A stretch of 64,000 nt of DNA from the IMG/VR virus record IMGVR_UViG_3300025663_000002, positions 13,979-77,978 of that record, one strand, 5' to 3'. Source of the stretch: a virus. Taxonomy: Duplodnaviria; Caudoviricetes. Position numbers and translations under genes: made by a program. The notes beneath the pieces are model-generated. The model did no database searches and was not told the DNA's origin. It saw only the letters and a list, made by a program, of their open reading frames with translations. This document shows, in pieces, positions 19,001 to 29,141 of this stretch. Positions within the stretch are counted from its first letter, which is position 1. Every line of letters starts with the position of its first letter.

Positions 19001-21592
19001 ACTCGTTGGGGTGCTTGGGCAACTACTTGGACTGGTTGGAACGATGTTGGTGCAGCTAAAGATTTCGTTGCGGGTTCTTCTGAAACTAAATTTAGAGGAC
19101 GTACAAGAAACGTACATGGTTGGGAAGGACGTGTAGACGTTACTAAGATGGACGGAACTATTGCAGCTAACGGACATACTAACATTAGAGGATTCAGCCT
19201 TCAAGAAATTTGGGATCAAGGTTGGATGGCAACTAATACTTGGATCGGTGGAACAAGAGACGTTGCTCCTACAAACAGACCATCAAAGCAATTTGATATG
19301 TGGCAGGATGTTATTAAGAAATCCGATACATGGAAACAGGACCAAACAAGAACGTCGACTTCTGTAAGAAGTGGAACTCGTACTTACCAAGAAGCGAAGG
19401 ACATCAGAACTACTTTAGATAATAAAGTATTAGATAGTTCTGCTATTGGTTGGATGCGTTCTAAAGATATTACAATCAAAGCAGACAAGATGAGACCTTC
19501 TACTAAGATGAGTTTTGAATTTGACGGTGTCAATGTTGATGCATATTGTAAACCTTTCAACGGTGCACTTGGTGATGATATTATTACAGACGAAAATGGT
19601 AGAATCAGGGACGCACAATTCACTATTCCGAGTGATAACAGTGGAGTTAAGTTTAGAACTGGTAAGAAGTTCCTTGCTATGCAAGACGCATTTGACGGCA
19701 CAGTTTCTACTCAGGCATCGGCTAGTTATACTGCAGCCGGCACATTAAATACTCGACAAAGAACTGTTATGAGTACGTTGGAAGCAGAGACTAAGGTTGA
19801 GGATATTTCTGATACACAAATTGGAAACGAAAACAGAACTACTCAAATGGGTGGTGCAATAACAACTACGACTTCAAAGAAGTCTATTCGTGAATATTAC
19901 GACCCTGTTGCAGAATCGTTTATGGTATCTAATATGGACGGTGGTGTATTTATTGACTCTATTGATATTTACTTCTACTCTAAAGACACAGAGATGACTC
20001 CAGTTAGAATCGAGATACGTGAGATGAATGCTGGTTATCCTACTTGGAGCCCATTGCCTTTAGCAACTAAGTTATTGTACCCAGAAGATGTATATACTTC
20101 AAGTAATGGTACAGCAAATACAAGATTTACCTTTGACGACCCTATTTATTTGTTGAATGGAACTGAATATTGTTTCGTTGTTATTTCAGATTCATTAGAA
20201 TATAATATATGGATTTCTGACTTAGGGGAACAAGATAAATCTACGGGTGAATATATCAATTCACAACCGTTCCTTGGTTCAATGTTCACATCGCAAAACA
20301 ACTCTACTTGGACACCAGAACAAACTAAAGACGTTAAGTTTCAATTAAATAAGTGTGTGTTCCAAACCGACGAGATTGCAACTGCTCAGTTTGATATGAG
20401 AGGTTTTGATGGAATTCATCAAGCAACAGGATTCACTCCAAACTTCTCCCCATTATTACTTCAAGGTACTGATGTTGATTATAGTGTTGTAGTAAACTCT
20501 GATACTAATAATATCATAACGGGAGTTACTGACGGAAACGACGAAGTGTTTGATGTTCAAATGACGTTTGATGGTTCTCATACTATCGCTTCTGGGTATT
20601 CATATACTCCTTTATCAGTTCTTGCTAACGTAACAACAAATAACCCTAACTTGACTCCAGTATTTAATGCTGAACGTTTAAGTGTTATTACTCAAAATAA
20701 TGTTGTACACGATGCAGCGGTTGAAGTTCATAATCAGAAAGGTGTTTATGTATCTAAGATGGTACAACTCGCTAATCCTGCTGACGACCTGAAGATGTGG
20801 TTGTCGGTTCAAGAGAAAACCGAAACTTCTGTTAAAGTTTTCTATGATACGGGTTCTGTAATTCCTAGACACGTTGACATCACAACTAATGCGGATTTCA
20901 CTTCTCATGGTTATTACACCGTTAATGATTTTGAAGAAGAATATGCATTTACATATGTCAACTCCCCAGAGATTCAAGTTACATTATGGAACGGTGCTGT
21001 TGGTTCTAATCCTGGTTATTCAACTTGGAATGGTACTGTTGGAATGTTTGAATCAAGTATGTATATTGATGGTGACGACGATACAGATAACACAACAAGA
21101 ATGTATGTTACTGATATTTCGTTCCCTCAACAGGTTATTGATACCTGTTGGGTTTCAAAGTACGACTTAGAAGGTGTTCAAAAGTATAATTCTTCGGTCA
21201 ACTACGCAGTTGGTGATATTTACTTTGGTTCTGGTTCTGGAAACGACTTAGATAGAAAATTCTACAAAGTAGTAATATTACCAGACGGAACGCAAGGCAC
21301 AGAAGATGTTCCTTTATTACAAATAACTTCTTCTGTTGATGTGGCCCATGTTGATTTCCCAATGGCAATTATTGAATCTGATCCAGTTGTATGGAGAGAA
21401 ATGAAGGATTCAGGTTCTTCTAATAATAACTCTGAGATTTCAACAGACATGGAGTTTATTGAACATACATTCGAACCGTTGAAAAAGATTACAAATGAGT
21501 TTAGTTCGTTTAGAATTAAAGTTGAATTGCATACTACAAACCCAGTTTACTTACCTGCGATTAGAGAATTGCGTGTACTTGCTGTAACATAA
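16046..21592 (+). CDS. DUF4815-like large virion structural protein (1848 aa)
   Basis: N-terminal FNTAPYYDDFD...ILFNPGRSVQARELTQIQSILQNQ, APGADRY, LARRTYDESGDY, PVAESF..DGGVFIDSIDIYF; typical position after gp8 in marine T4-like phages. Confidence 0.88.
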   Translation: MSINFNTAPYYDDFDANDQFLRILFNPGRSVQARELTQIQSILQNQLSSGANNIWKDGTAIVGADIGVNKRHYIQLATADASWLGRVVKGVTSGAIGKIVQLHDDETQPVYYIKPLSNEFVVGDAIETYDTHCDITIPGVTLTNGVCSGNSWYNGSMTVIRSVALGNEGVVTGIGKGLEATIGNGILYVGNHFVPVISQTIWVDYTSDTPTAEIGIDIEETIIEATSDPRLLDPASGFYNQNAPGADRYSINLKLTKSSDSVDGTNFLPMIGIVVGKIDKPVSRTSLNGLVDELARRTYDESGDYTTKNFPIEIIEDETNEANYIVKIEAGKAYVRGYENELTSTVELTAPKGRTTRHIVNDNIRTEFGPYLEINSLDDVRGVFDVFKKEKVNFITNALYTGGQVQDKIDLSKRITHFTKYGDAFRIYLDTEEGLDIIAPATYVVSESNPAVYAKLHRPTGSTVRKGVFKPWLYETARLTSTLTAGQINYSTQKNYSVVNTGGTNMTIASAYPSMHWERVLYIYNGDTGSNIPEKGTSSTAPVVWYADTTGNENVVIYFEDQAGAPSNTYQNDNLQIMSDMYISNSTWKSITHTTKTDVDIVLDADNKLIIEPGVSKIISITDPGANDVTDEFWFFEGDFDTEYKNAYVQWSNPDESVIPQTGTYTVTYEVFTYGSSTGSSFTGVNSFTDGAISYADIGTYEGFLVPNTYRLSDTLDFRCTDANFNEGNFLPLPGGDITVSYDYYLPRADRVVLNTDGIFEIKQGFPSEGAKLPKERESEMTLYNLYVPPYTYHAKNISVTHIDNKNYKMSDLRELDERISSLEYYTALNLLEKDTASMQVIDSNGFERYKNGMLIDPFVDHGIGDVSSTEYFVSIYPEAGICTTPFEMKGYDFEMSNSGTTGMRKSAEGKTWTLDFSVEEAWLSQQFASSWINLNPFARMSWTGFLELSPSSDTWFEDQFRPDIVVQNENNNAVLAQVEAFGTQTRWGAWATTWTGWNDVGAAKDFVAGSSETKFRGRTRNVHGWEGRVDVTKMDGTIAANGHTNIRGFSLQEIWDQGWMATNTWIGGTRDVAPTNRPSKQFDMWQDVIKKSDTWKQDQTRTSTSVRSGTRTYQEAKDIRTTLDNKVLDSSAIGWMRSKDITIKADKMRPSTKMSFEFDGVNVDAYCKPFNGALGDDIITDENGRIRDAQFTIPSDNSGVKFRTGKKFLAMQDAFDGTVSTQASASYTAAGTLNTRQRTVMSTLEAETKVEDISDTQIGNENRTTQMGGAITTTTSKKSIREYYDPVAESFMVSNMDGGVFIDSIDIYFYSKDTEMTPVRIEIREMNAGYPTWSPLPLATKLLYPEDVYTSSNGTANTRFTFDDPIYLLNGTEYCFVVISDSLEYNIWISDLGEQDKSTGEYINSQPFLGSMFTSQNNSTWTPEQTKDVKFQLNKCVFQTDEIATAQFDMRGFDGIHQATGFTPNFSPLLLQGTDVDYSVVVNSDTNNIITGVTDGNDEVFDVQMTFDGSHTIASGYSYTPLSVLANVTTNNPNLTPVFNAERLSVITQNNVVHDAAVEVHNQKGVYVSKMVQLANPADDLKMWLSVQEKTETSVKVFYDTGSVIPRHVDITTNADFTSHGYYTVNDFEEEYAFTYVNSPEIQVTLWNGAVGSNPGYSTWNGTVGMFESSMYIDGDDDTDNTTRMYVTDISFPQQVIDTCWVSKYDLEGVQKYNSSVNYAVGDIYFGSGSGNDLDRKFYKVVILPDGTQGTEDVPLLQITSSVDVAHVDFPMAIIESDPVVWREMKDSGSSNNNSEISTDMEFIEHTFEPLKKITNEFSSFRIKVELHTTNPVYLPAIRELRVLAVT

Positions 21593-21603
21593 GGAGAATA
21601 GAT

Positions 21604-21813
21604 ATGGAAGACTTAAAATATACTAAAGATCCAATAACGGGTGCTGTGATTTTCAAAGACACCGACGGATATAATGCTCGAAAGAAAGTAATTGCAGGAC
21701 AAAAACTTAGAAATCTACAAGAACAAAGTAATAAGAAAGTTATAAATAGTATGAGAAGTGAGATAAATACACTAACTTCACTAGTTGAATCGTTATTAAA
21801 TAAGGAGAATTAA
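21604..21813 (+). CDS. Small hypothetical protein following the DUF4815-like gene
   Basis: AAGGAG SD; KDPITGAVI motif and C-terminal coiled coil like the short ORF that usually follows this gene. Confidence 0.75.
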   Translation: MEDLKYTKDPITGAVIFKDTDGYNARKKVIAGQKLRNLQEQSNKKVINSMRSEINTLTSLVESLLNKEN

Positions 21814-21814
21814 T

Positions 21815-22009
21815 ATGGCAACAGAATCTACAGCCAGAGAAATACCTTATGTAAGAAAGGACGATACATTTAAAACTTGGAGAGAAAGAACTAACCAAAT
21901 GATTCAACAGCAGAACAACATTGTTCGACTGTACGAATTTGAAATGTTAGGTGTTTCAGACCCATACGTCATTGCATCATTGCAAATGGCATTCTTTGAA
22001 GAAGAATAA
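21815..22009 (+). CDS. Small protein with fibre N-terminal attachment-like motif (DTFKTWRERTN)
   Basis: AAGGAG SD; TFxxWRxxTN motif is recalled from N-termini of T4-like fibre proteins. Confidence 0.65.
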   Translation: MATESTAREIPYVRKDDTFKTWRERTNQMIQQQNNIVRLYEFEMLGVSDPYVIASLQMAFFEEE

Positions 22010-22023
22010 TACAGGAATCAAAA

Positions 22024-25000
22024 ATGTCACATTATACAAACTCATCGTTTACATTAGACGAATTATTAAAAATCGACCAACAGAAGGAAGACTTTTTAGA
22101 TTCTTTGACCATTAAACTTTCAGACCCAGCATTGGGAATTAAAGACTTAGCATTGATGCTGAAATCTTTGGAGATTATGGATAATATGGAGCATTTAAAC
22201 GCTTACCGTCAATTCATTATCAACCTTGCTAATAAGTCTGCTGACTTTACCACTCCTAACGAACTAGTAAACAACGGTGACATTTCTATTGAATATATTA
22301 CAAGCAATATTGTACAAAACCCTAATTTTGATTCTGACGCATTAGAAGTTGAAATCGCCAAATCTTCAAACTTCGAAGTAGGAACTGACATTGCAATGCC
22401 TTGGGCAAACGGAACTACGTATAAATTCGATACATTAATTGCAGAAGGAACTAATATTATCTCAGGAATTTCTGACGGTAATGGCGCGACAGCAGTTTGG
22501 TTTAATTCTACACTAAAACCTAATACACAATACAAATTATCATATGATTTAGTTATTAATGATGTTGGTTGGGACTTACCTAACGGTGCTAAGAACATGG
22601 TGGACGTTCTTTCTGAAGATGAAATGGTATTCTCGGAAAGTGGTGGTGGACCAGACCCAATAACATATGTTGTATCTGTAGTTGAAGATGCAAATATGAT
22701 ATTACCTACTTGTGATGGAGTCATTGTACCATTCGACACCTCAATCCCGGATTATAACAACGCGTTTCCTGCTATGGAACTCGCTTGTACTGGTTCTGGT
22801 GGAGTTTGGGTAGAAGGTAACATTAACGACCCACTTACACAAAATCACGACATTATTCCATACAACGTAGTTGCTCGTGAAGGTGATACATTAATCTTTA
22901 CAAACCCTTCGACAAACTACTTATTACACAATGCAGTATCCGACGACAACATCTCATTTACTTCTCCTGATATGCCGCCTGGATCTAATTGGTCTTGGGT
23001 TGTTGACGGATACCATGATATTTACTTCCATTGTACTTTCCATCCATTAGAAGAAGGAAGGTTACTTACTAAAACTGACCATAGATACGTTTACAATATC
23101 GACCACGGGTTGAATAAAGGTGATACAGTTAGAATGCCTATCAACTATGGTACTATGGAAGAACTACCTTCTTTATCAAATTCATACTTCATTAGTTTGC
23201 AAATGGACAACCCATGTACCTCAATTGGTGGTGTTGGTAGTCAAACGAACATAGAATCGTTATACCACAACTTATCTATTGGTGACGTTGTTTCATTCCA
23301 ATCTGGACCAGAAAACGTCACAGATACATCAAGTTCGGTTGATGTAACATTTTCGGGAGGAAACGCCACACTTGAGGCACAGGCGTCGGTTGTTATTCAA
23401 AATGGTATTGTAACATCAATTGCGTTAGAAGATAACGGAACTTGTTCAAACACAATATACTCAGACGAAGCAACTTGTGTTGCCAACTCAGAAACTTGGA
23501 CACCACAATTAGCGGTAGGTGCTGGATATGAATCTGCTCCATTATTATTTATCGCCGGTGGTGGCGGTTCTGGAGCTACTGCAATAGCAACATACGACGG
23601 TCGTGTAGTTTCTACTATCAATATAAACTACGGTGGTGGTGGTTATACATCACAACCTACTGTACAATTTACAGGTGGTGACCCAACTACTCCTGCAACA
23701 GCAACTGCCAATTATGACGCAGCCACTGGGCAAATTAACAGCATTACTATTACGGACTCTGGTGTTGGATACCAAACAACCCCAACCATTACTATTGTTG
23801 GTGGTAATCCAACCACAGCAGCTCTGTTTGAATGTTCTATATCTGGTTCTATATCTGCGGTTACATTAACAGCAGGTGGTTCTGGTTATGGTTCAGACGG
23901 TTCGGTGATTTTTGGAGAAAAGGCATGGGAAACGTTTGAAATTTCTGCTGTTGTAAAAGGACAAGAACAAGTTGACATTTTCCTAGACGACGTGAACCAA
24001 ATGGGACATATTCATACAGTCACTATGACTACTGCACAGTTTGATAATGTTAAGTTAGGAAATAACGAAGTTATAGCAACGAACGCAGATAATACAGGAC
24101 ACTCTCACGATTGTACATTTACTTGGGACTTAACTCTAAACGGAGGACTTGGCGGAATTTGGTTAGTCGGAATGACTGGCAACCACACGCACGGATTAGA
24201 TGTATATAACGAAGTATCTGGTGGTACTAAAATTGAATTAGTAAACTTCGGTCATTATCATGAAATTCTGATCACCGAAGCAGAAGAAGCAACACTAAAG
24301 GCAGGTTTGCTAATTGTGACTGGTGATAACCCAGACGGAACTACTGCGCATGACGGAACTGGTGTTGTTATGACTAAAACGTCAGACTTTGGTACTTCAG
24401 ATCCTCAGCATTTCCATACAGTTGAATTTGGTTGCGTTGATGCAGTAAATGATGTTTACGCAATTACTGTAATTGATCAACACATCCATGACTTTGGTCG
24501 TGTTTGGTATCCTGGATCGTTTAGTTTCTCAATATCACAATGGAACGACGGTTCTTCTAGTGCTGGAAGTAACCCAGCCTTTATTGAACTGCCTTTTGCG
24601 GATATTCCTGGTTATGTTAAGAAAGAAAAGGGTATATATTCTATAAATCACGGGTTGGTTCAAGGTCAACGAATACATTTCCAGAACATTTTTAATGGAA
24701 TTCATCATGGTAATACAAACTATTGGGTAGAATCTGTAATAGACGCAGATAATGTTTCTGTTACAGAAACAATTATTTATCCTCTTGCAGGTGCTCCAGG
24801 AACTACTCCTACTATTCATAATGTTATTGAAGAGTACACGGTTGTTGCAGACTTAGCATCGTACAGATTCCAAGTTGAAAGAGATATTACAAACCACATT
24901 GGTTCTGCTTACGTAGAAGGTGTGCAGATTGAATGGTCTAGACCTAACACAATTGAATCAAACTTACACGGATTAGTTGTTGGTGATGTTGTACAGTTGC

Positions 25001-28000
25001 CTTCTGGTCCTCAACCTTACACTCCATCAGAACTTCCTGGTGCTATGCGTGACCATACAGTTATTGCTATTGGTGATGGTTATGGTCCTACTGAACATAT
25101 GGAAATTATTGTTGATACGCAAACTACTATTACGTTTGCTGATCCAAACCTTTCTGTTGTTGAAGGTGCTCAGAACTCTCCGTGGTATTGGTCTTGGTGG
25201 GACAGAACCGCTGCATCATATGCTCCGTATCAAAGAGATGAAGCAGTTTACCAAAGTTTTGGTGACGTAACACTATACGACAGTATTACTGGTGAAAAGG
25301 CTGGTTTTGAATTATTCCGTGGTGGTACATACAAATTTACAAATAATGCATGGAACCCTTCTGGACATATTACACAGATTGACCCTTCAACGGGCAATTT
25401 AGTTCCTATGTACATGCACGCTGCTGGTATTAAAGCAATTCCAGGTGCAGGTTGGGACAACCTAGTACAAGCAGGTATGACACATAGTGCATGCCAAGAT
25501 GGTGTATCAGGCCTCGACCATTATCATTGTGTATCAATGAGAGCGAACCACGGTCTAACTATCGTTTCTGGTGACCATAACCCGTTTGTTAATACTACCG
25601 AAGAGCCTGGCACGTGGGTTGGTCCCGAACCTTTCCCAGTTTGTATGGGACTTGGTGGTTGGTGTGAAGAACTAGACGTTGACGGTTGGTACTATAATGG
25701 TATTGACGATGAGTCTGTGTGTTCTGCACTTAACCCAACGGGCGATGTTGGTTTGGCACAATGGAGAGGTCCACAATTTATTGGTAACTTCTCTAAAGAA
25801 TTTACATGGACAGTTCCTGAAGACTTTGGTCTTACTGGTGCTGACGGTGTTACTGGACTTGGTCCGTTTGTTGCTCCAGGTGAGTTAAACTTAGCATACC
25901 ACGTTGAATCATACCAAGGACTATATAAATTTGATAAGTCTGGTATGATTGAAGGAACAAACCCTATTATTAACATATACCGTGGTGGAGTTTACAGATT
26001 TAGACTTAATGCTCCTGGTCACCCTTTCTACATCACAACCGACAACGGATCTAACTTTACTCCTGGTTCATACTTCGGTGAGTACACTAACGGTGTTGTT
26101 GGTTCTCGAGCTGTTACTGGTTACGGACCAAACGAAGGTGTTACTGGTCAATTTGGTGACGACGACGTTGAAGTATTAGAATTTACAGTTCCTATGGACG
26201 CACCCGATACGTTATATTATCAATGTGAGTTCCATTCATCTATGATTGGTACGTTAAATGTTATAGATTTACCTATTGTTGATGCAGGTGATGAAATTGT
26301 AGTTTACTACCATCACGGACAAGATAACATGTGGACTCCATTATGGATTAAGGACAAGATTGTTGTAGACAACGGTTCTGGTCCAAACTTCTTCCAAGTA
26401 CAACCTATTCCTGAGAATTCGTTCCCAGTGAAGGGAACTCAGGCGGATGTTACTGGATTAGGTAACTTGATTACTGGTTATGGTGCAGGAGCAATCCCTA
26501 AAGCACAGGCAATGGATATTGAATTCGGTTCACTTTCATACTTAGACCCAGTCGCCTTGACCGCCGGAATTGGTCAAGAGACATTCTTAACCACAACTGG
26601 ACTTGTTGGTACTAGTAAATTCTATATCTCATTAGATGATACAGAACGTTCTAATATTGAAATGACTAATGTGTTGTTACAAGAAGCACCTTGGTCGGAA
26701 AATGGTTCTTTCGAAATTAGTGCAGGTCAGGCATTTACTACTGACGCGGTTGTTGGTGGTAATATTGAACAAATCGTAACAGGTTCTGTCATTGACGGTG
26801 ACCAATATGAAGTTGGTTATGAAATCATTGAAGGTTTTGTTGATCAATTTGGTGGTAATTCTGGTACTGTTCAACTGTCGTTAATTGGTGACACTACGGT
26901 TACTGGTAACTTTAACACAGACGCAGGAATGTACTCTGAAACGTTAATTGCTCCAGTTAATACTACACATATGAAACTTACTGCAAGTGGTGCTGGTAAA
27001 GTAGATAACGTTTCACTGAAGCAACGTGTATCAGGACAAAATGCTTGGTATCTTGGTGATGGTTGGACTGTTAATACTGATGGTCAAGCGTATTGCGACG
27101 GTTCTGTTCAAGGACGTACTGAAATCAATCAGACTGTTAATATCCAAGAAGGTAAATTGTATGAAGTTAAATATACTTTAGCAAATACTGACCCAGAAGG
27201 TGATGGTTCTCAAGGACGTTTACAATTAGCATTGGGTACTAACCCATACAACTTAATTTCTAATTGGAATTTTGATGCTAGTGGTATTAACATCAATTGG
27301 AATTCACCAGGAAGTGCATACACAATAGATAGTGCAAATGCTAGGTTGAATTTTGAAAACTCAAATGCCGACGGAATTACTTACACTTTCACTGATAACT
27401 TAAATAACATAGTTGATTATGAAATTACTATGGAAGTGTTATCAGTAACAGGTACGGTTCATAATTTCCAAGTTGGACCTGGACCTCAGGCAAACCATTA
27501 TCATACTATCGATTTGCAACAGTCGCAGTATGACTTTATGATTGCCAACGAAGGTTCTTCTCTTACATTGCAACAGTCTGATACTACTCACGCTGCTTAT
27601 TATACGCATACGTTCTCTCTTGCGTTTGATAGCACAGTAGAAACTTGTACTATGCAATTGGGTTACTCGCAAGATAATATGTGTTTCCTTAATGACGGTA
27701 CTCCAGATCCATCAAATACGACATCTACGGATTGTTTATCTGCTGGAAATACTTGGATTCCAACACAACCTAACTACGACTATTCTTGTTCGTTTGTTGA
27801 TTTTGATAACCTACAAAACGGTATTACTAATCAATTAACAATGACAGAATTGACGCAAGACGGTGGTGCCGGATTACCTGCTTCTGATGTTCATAATATT
27901 GTTCTTGGATTTGCTAATGGAGTTCTAACGGTAATATCAGACGAAAATGATATTGCATATGACGAAATTACATTACTTACAGCAGATTCTGGTATTATTA

Positions 28001-29031
28001 TTACTTCTCAGACGTTCTTAGAAGGTCATGATGAGATTATCAAAACTGGTATTACAACTACTAATTCAGATATGACAGTTTCATTAGGTCAGGGTGCTAA
28101 TATGGTAACTGGACCTATGGTTGATTCTGTAGGTTTACATAACTTCGTTCTTTCTGGTGCCATTGGTAATACAATTACTATTAACACTAACGGTTCTGGT
28201 ATCATTGGTTCTATTAAGATGAAAGAAGTTCAAGTTCCTGTACTAGACCATCATTCTACTGGTGTTGTAAATGAAGGTGAAAAGACATACTTCATTCGTG
28301 CTGGTGGTTATGATACTAAGTTACACTTTATTGGTGATGTGGACAAACGTCCAGTAGAAACAGATATTCCTTTCTACTACAGCAGAGGTTTCAAAGGTTC
28401 TATCGATACAGTTACAGTTAAAGAAGTTAATGAAAATTGGACTTTTGCTTCTGAAGAAGGTGGTAGTTCTTACATCGATAATGACAACGGTGTAATTGTT
28501 ACTAATGGTACTGATGAAGCACATAGAGGTATTGCTCATATTTCGTTTGACGTAGTTGAAGGAGATAATTATAAATTATTCTTATCTGTTGATAGACCTA
28601 CTAGTTCTGTAATTAAGGTTGGACCTGCACCTGACAATAACCAATATGGTGAAATGTTAATTGCTGATTCATCTAATGATTCTAACCCTACCGCTCATAG
28701 AGATATGGTGTTTACTGCTGGTGCAACTGGAGTGTGTTACTTAACTCTTGCGACTACTGGTAACGGTTTTACTTACTGGGATCAAGTTTCAGTTAGAACT
28801 ATTCCTAACCTTTCTTCTGACGAATACCTATTGTTAGGTCGTGCGTTGAATGTGTTTGGTATGCCGATCGGTAGTGAGTCTAGATGGAAGCAACATAATA
28901 CAGATTCAGAAAACCTTGACTTTAATGGTCGTGTGGTTGCTGGATTTAGAACTTTAGAAAGTTTTGGAGAGAATGTTATTGAAACGTATTACGATGATGT
29001 TGATGAGGTTATTGATAATACACCAGTTTGA
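22024..29031 (+). CDS. Large fibre/adhesin-like virion protein (2335 aa) with cupredoxin-like, HxH, carbohydrate-binding-like and Gly-rich GxGY repeats
   Basis: HN...HCTFHP and GHPF...YYQCEFHSSMIG cupredoxin-like motifs; GGGYTSQPTV/GVGYQTTPTI repeats; several NxxF...W jelly-roll-like segments. Confidence 0.85.
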   Translation: MSHYTNSSFTLDELLKIDQQKEDFLDSLTIKLSDPALGIKDLALMLKSLEIMDNMEHLNAYRQFIINLANKSADFTTPNELVNNGDISIEYITSNIVQNPNFDSDALEVEIAKSSNFEVGTDIAMPWANGTTYKFDTLIAEGTNIISGISDGNGATAVWFNSTLKPNTQYKLSYDLVINDVGWDLPNGAKNMVDVLSEDEMVFSESGGGPDPITYVVSVVEDANMILPTCDGVIVPFDTSIPDYNNAFPAMELACTGSGGVWVEGNINDPLTQNHDIIPYNVVAREGDTLIFTNPSTNYLLHNAVSDDNISFTSPDMPPGSNWSWVVDGYHDIYFHCTFHPLEEGRLLTKTDHRYVYNIDHGLNKGDTVRMPINYGTMEELPSLSNSYFISLQMDNPCTSIGGVGSQTNIESLYHNLSIGDVVSFQSGPENVTDTSSSVDVTFSGGNATLEAQASVVIQNGIVTSIALEDNGTCSNTIYSDEATCVANSETWTPQLAVGAGYESAPLLFIAGGGGSGATAIATYDGRVVSTININYGGGGYTSQPTVQFTGGDPTTPATATANYDAATGQINSITITDSGVGYQTTPTITIVGGNPTTAALFECSISGSISAVTLTAGGSGYGSDGSVIFGEKAWETFEISAVVKGQEQVDIFLDDVNQMGHIHTVTMTTAQFDNVKLGNNEVIATNADNTGHSHDCTFTWDLTLNGGLGGIWLVGMTGNHTHGLDVYNEVSGGTKIELVNFGHYHEILITEAEEATLKAGLLIVTGDNPDGTTAHDGTGVVMTKTSDFGTSDPQHFHTVEFGCVDAVNDVYAITVIDQHIHDFGRVWYPGSFSFSISQWNDGSSSAGSNPAFIELPFADIPGYVKKEKGIYSINHGLVQGQRIHFQNIFNGIHHGNTNYWVESVIDADNVSVTETIIYPLAGAPGTTPTIHNVIEEYTVVADLASYRFQVERDITNHIGSAYVEGVQIEWSRPNTIESNLHGLVVGDVVQLPSGPQPYTPSELPGAMRDHTVIAIGDGYGPTEHMEIIVDTQTTITFADPNLSVVEGAQNSPWYWSWWDRTAASYAPYQRDEAVYQSFGDVTLYDSITGEKAGFELFRGGTYKFTNNAWNPSGHITQIDPSTGNLVPMYMHAAGIKAIPGAGWDNLVQAGMTHSACQDGVSGLDHYHCVSMRANHGLTIVSGDHNPFVNTTEEPGTWVGPEPFPVCMGLGGWCEELDVDGWYYNGIDDESVCSALNPTGDVGLAQWRGPQFIGNFSKEFTWTVPEDFGLTGADGVTGLGPFVAPGELNLAYHVESYQGLYKFDKSGMIEGTNPIINIYRGGVYRFRLNAPGHPFYITTDNGSNFTPGSYFGEYTNGVVGSRAVTGYGPNEGVTGQFGDDDVEVLEFTVPMDAPDTLYYQCEFHSSMIGTLNVIDLPIVDAGDEIVVYYHHGQDNMWTPLWIKDKIVVDNGSGPNFFQVQPIPENSFPVKGTQADVTGLGNLITGYGAGAIPKAQAMDIEFGSLSYLDPVALTAGIGQETFLTTTGLVGTSKFYISLDDTERSNIEMTNVLLQEAPWSENGSFEISAGQAFTTDAVVGGNIEQIVTGSVIDGDQYEVGYEIIEGFVDQFGGNSGTVQLSLIGDTTVTGNFNTDAGMYSETLIAPVNTTHMKLTASGAGKVDNVSLKQRVSGQNAWYLGDGWTVNTDGQAYCDGSVQGRTEINQTVNIQEGKLYEVKYTLANTDPEGDGSQGRLQLALGTNPYNLISNWNFDASGININWNSPGSAYTIDSANARLNFENSNADGITYTFTDNLNNIVDYEITMEVLSVTGTVHNFQVGPGPQANHYHTIDLQQSQYDFMIANEGSSLTLQQSDTTHAAYYTHTFSLAFDSTVETCTMQLGYSQDNMCFLNDGTPDPSNTTSTDCLSAGNTWIPTQPNYDYSCSFVDFDNLQNGITNQLTMTELTQDGGAGLPASDVHNIVLGFANGVLTVISDENDIAYDEITLLTADSGIIITSQTFLEGHDEIIKTGITTTNSDMTVSLGQGANMVTGPMVDSVGLHNFVLSGAIGNTITINTNGSGIIGSIKMKEVQVPVLDHHSTGVVNEGEKTYFIRAGGYDTKLHFIGDVDKRPVETDIPFYYSRGFKGSIDTVTVKEVNENWTFASEEGGSSYIDNDNGVIVTNGTDEAHRGIAHISFDVVEGDNYKLFLSVDRPTSSVIKVGPAPDNNQYGEMLIADSSNDSNPTAHRDMVFTAGATGVCYLTLATTGNGFTYWDQVSVRTIPNLSSDEYLLLGRALNVFGMPIGSESRWKQHNTDSENLDFNGRVVAGFRTLESFGENVIETYYDDVDEVIDNTPV

Positions 29032-29052
29032 TAAGGTACAGAAAATAAAAAG

Positions 29053-29076
29053 ACAACTCTATATTAATAGAGTTGT
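29053..29076 (+). terminator. Intergenic hairpin, possible terminator
   Basis: acaactctat-atta-atagagttgt perfect 10 bp stem after the 2335 aa gene; no long U tract. Confidence 0.45.
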
Positions 29077-29086
29077 GTAAAAGTTT

Positions 29087-29100
29087 TATAAATATAAATA
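29087..29100 (+). promoter_or_regulatory. Overlapping T4-type late promoters
   Basis: TATAAATA at 29087-29094 and 29093-29100. Confidence 0.8.
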
Positions 29101-29141
29101 ATACAATAAGTGTTATACAAAATTAATTAGGAGATAGATAA

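Noticed and set aside
21995-22026. Programmed frameshift joining the 64 aa ORF to the 2335 aa ORF
   Set aside because: No slippery heptamer; downstream gene has its own SD and ATG
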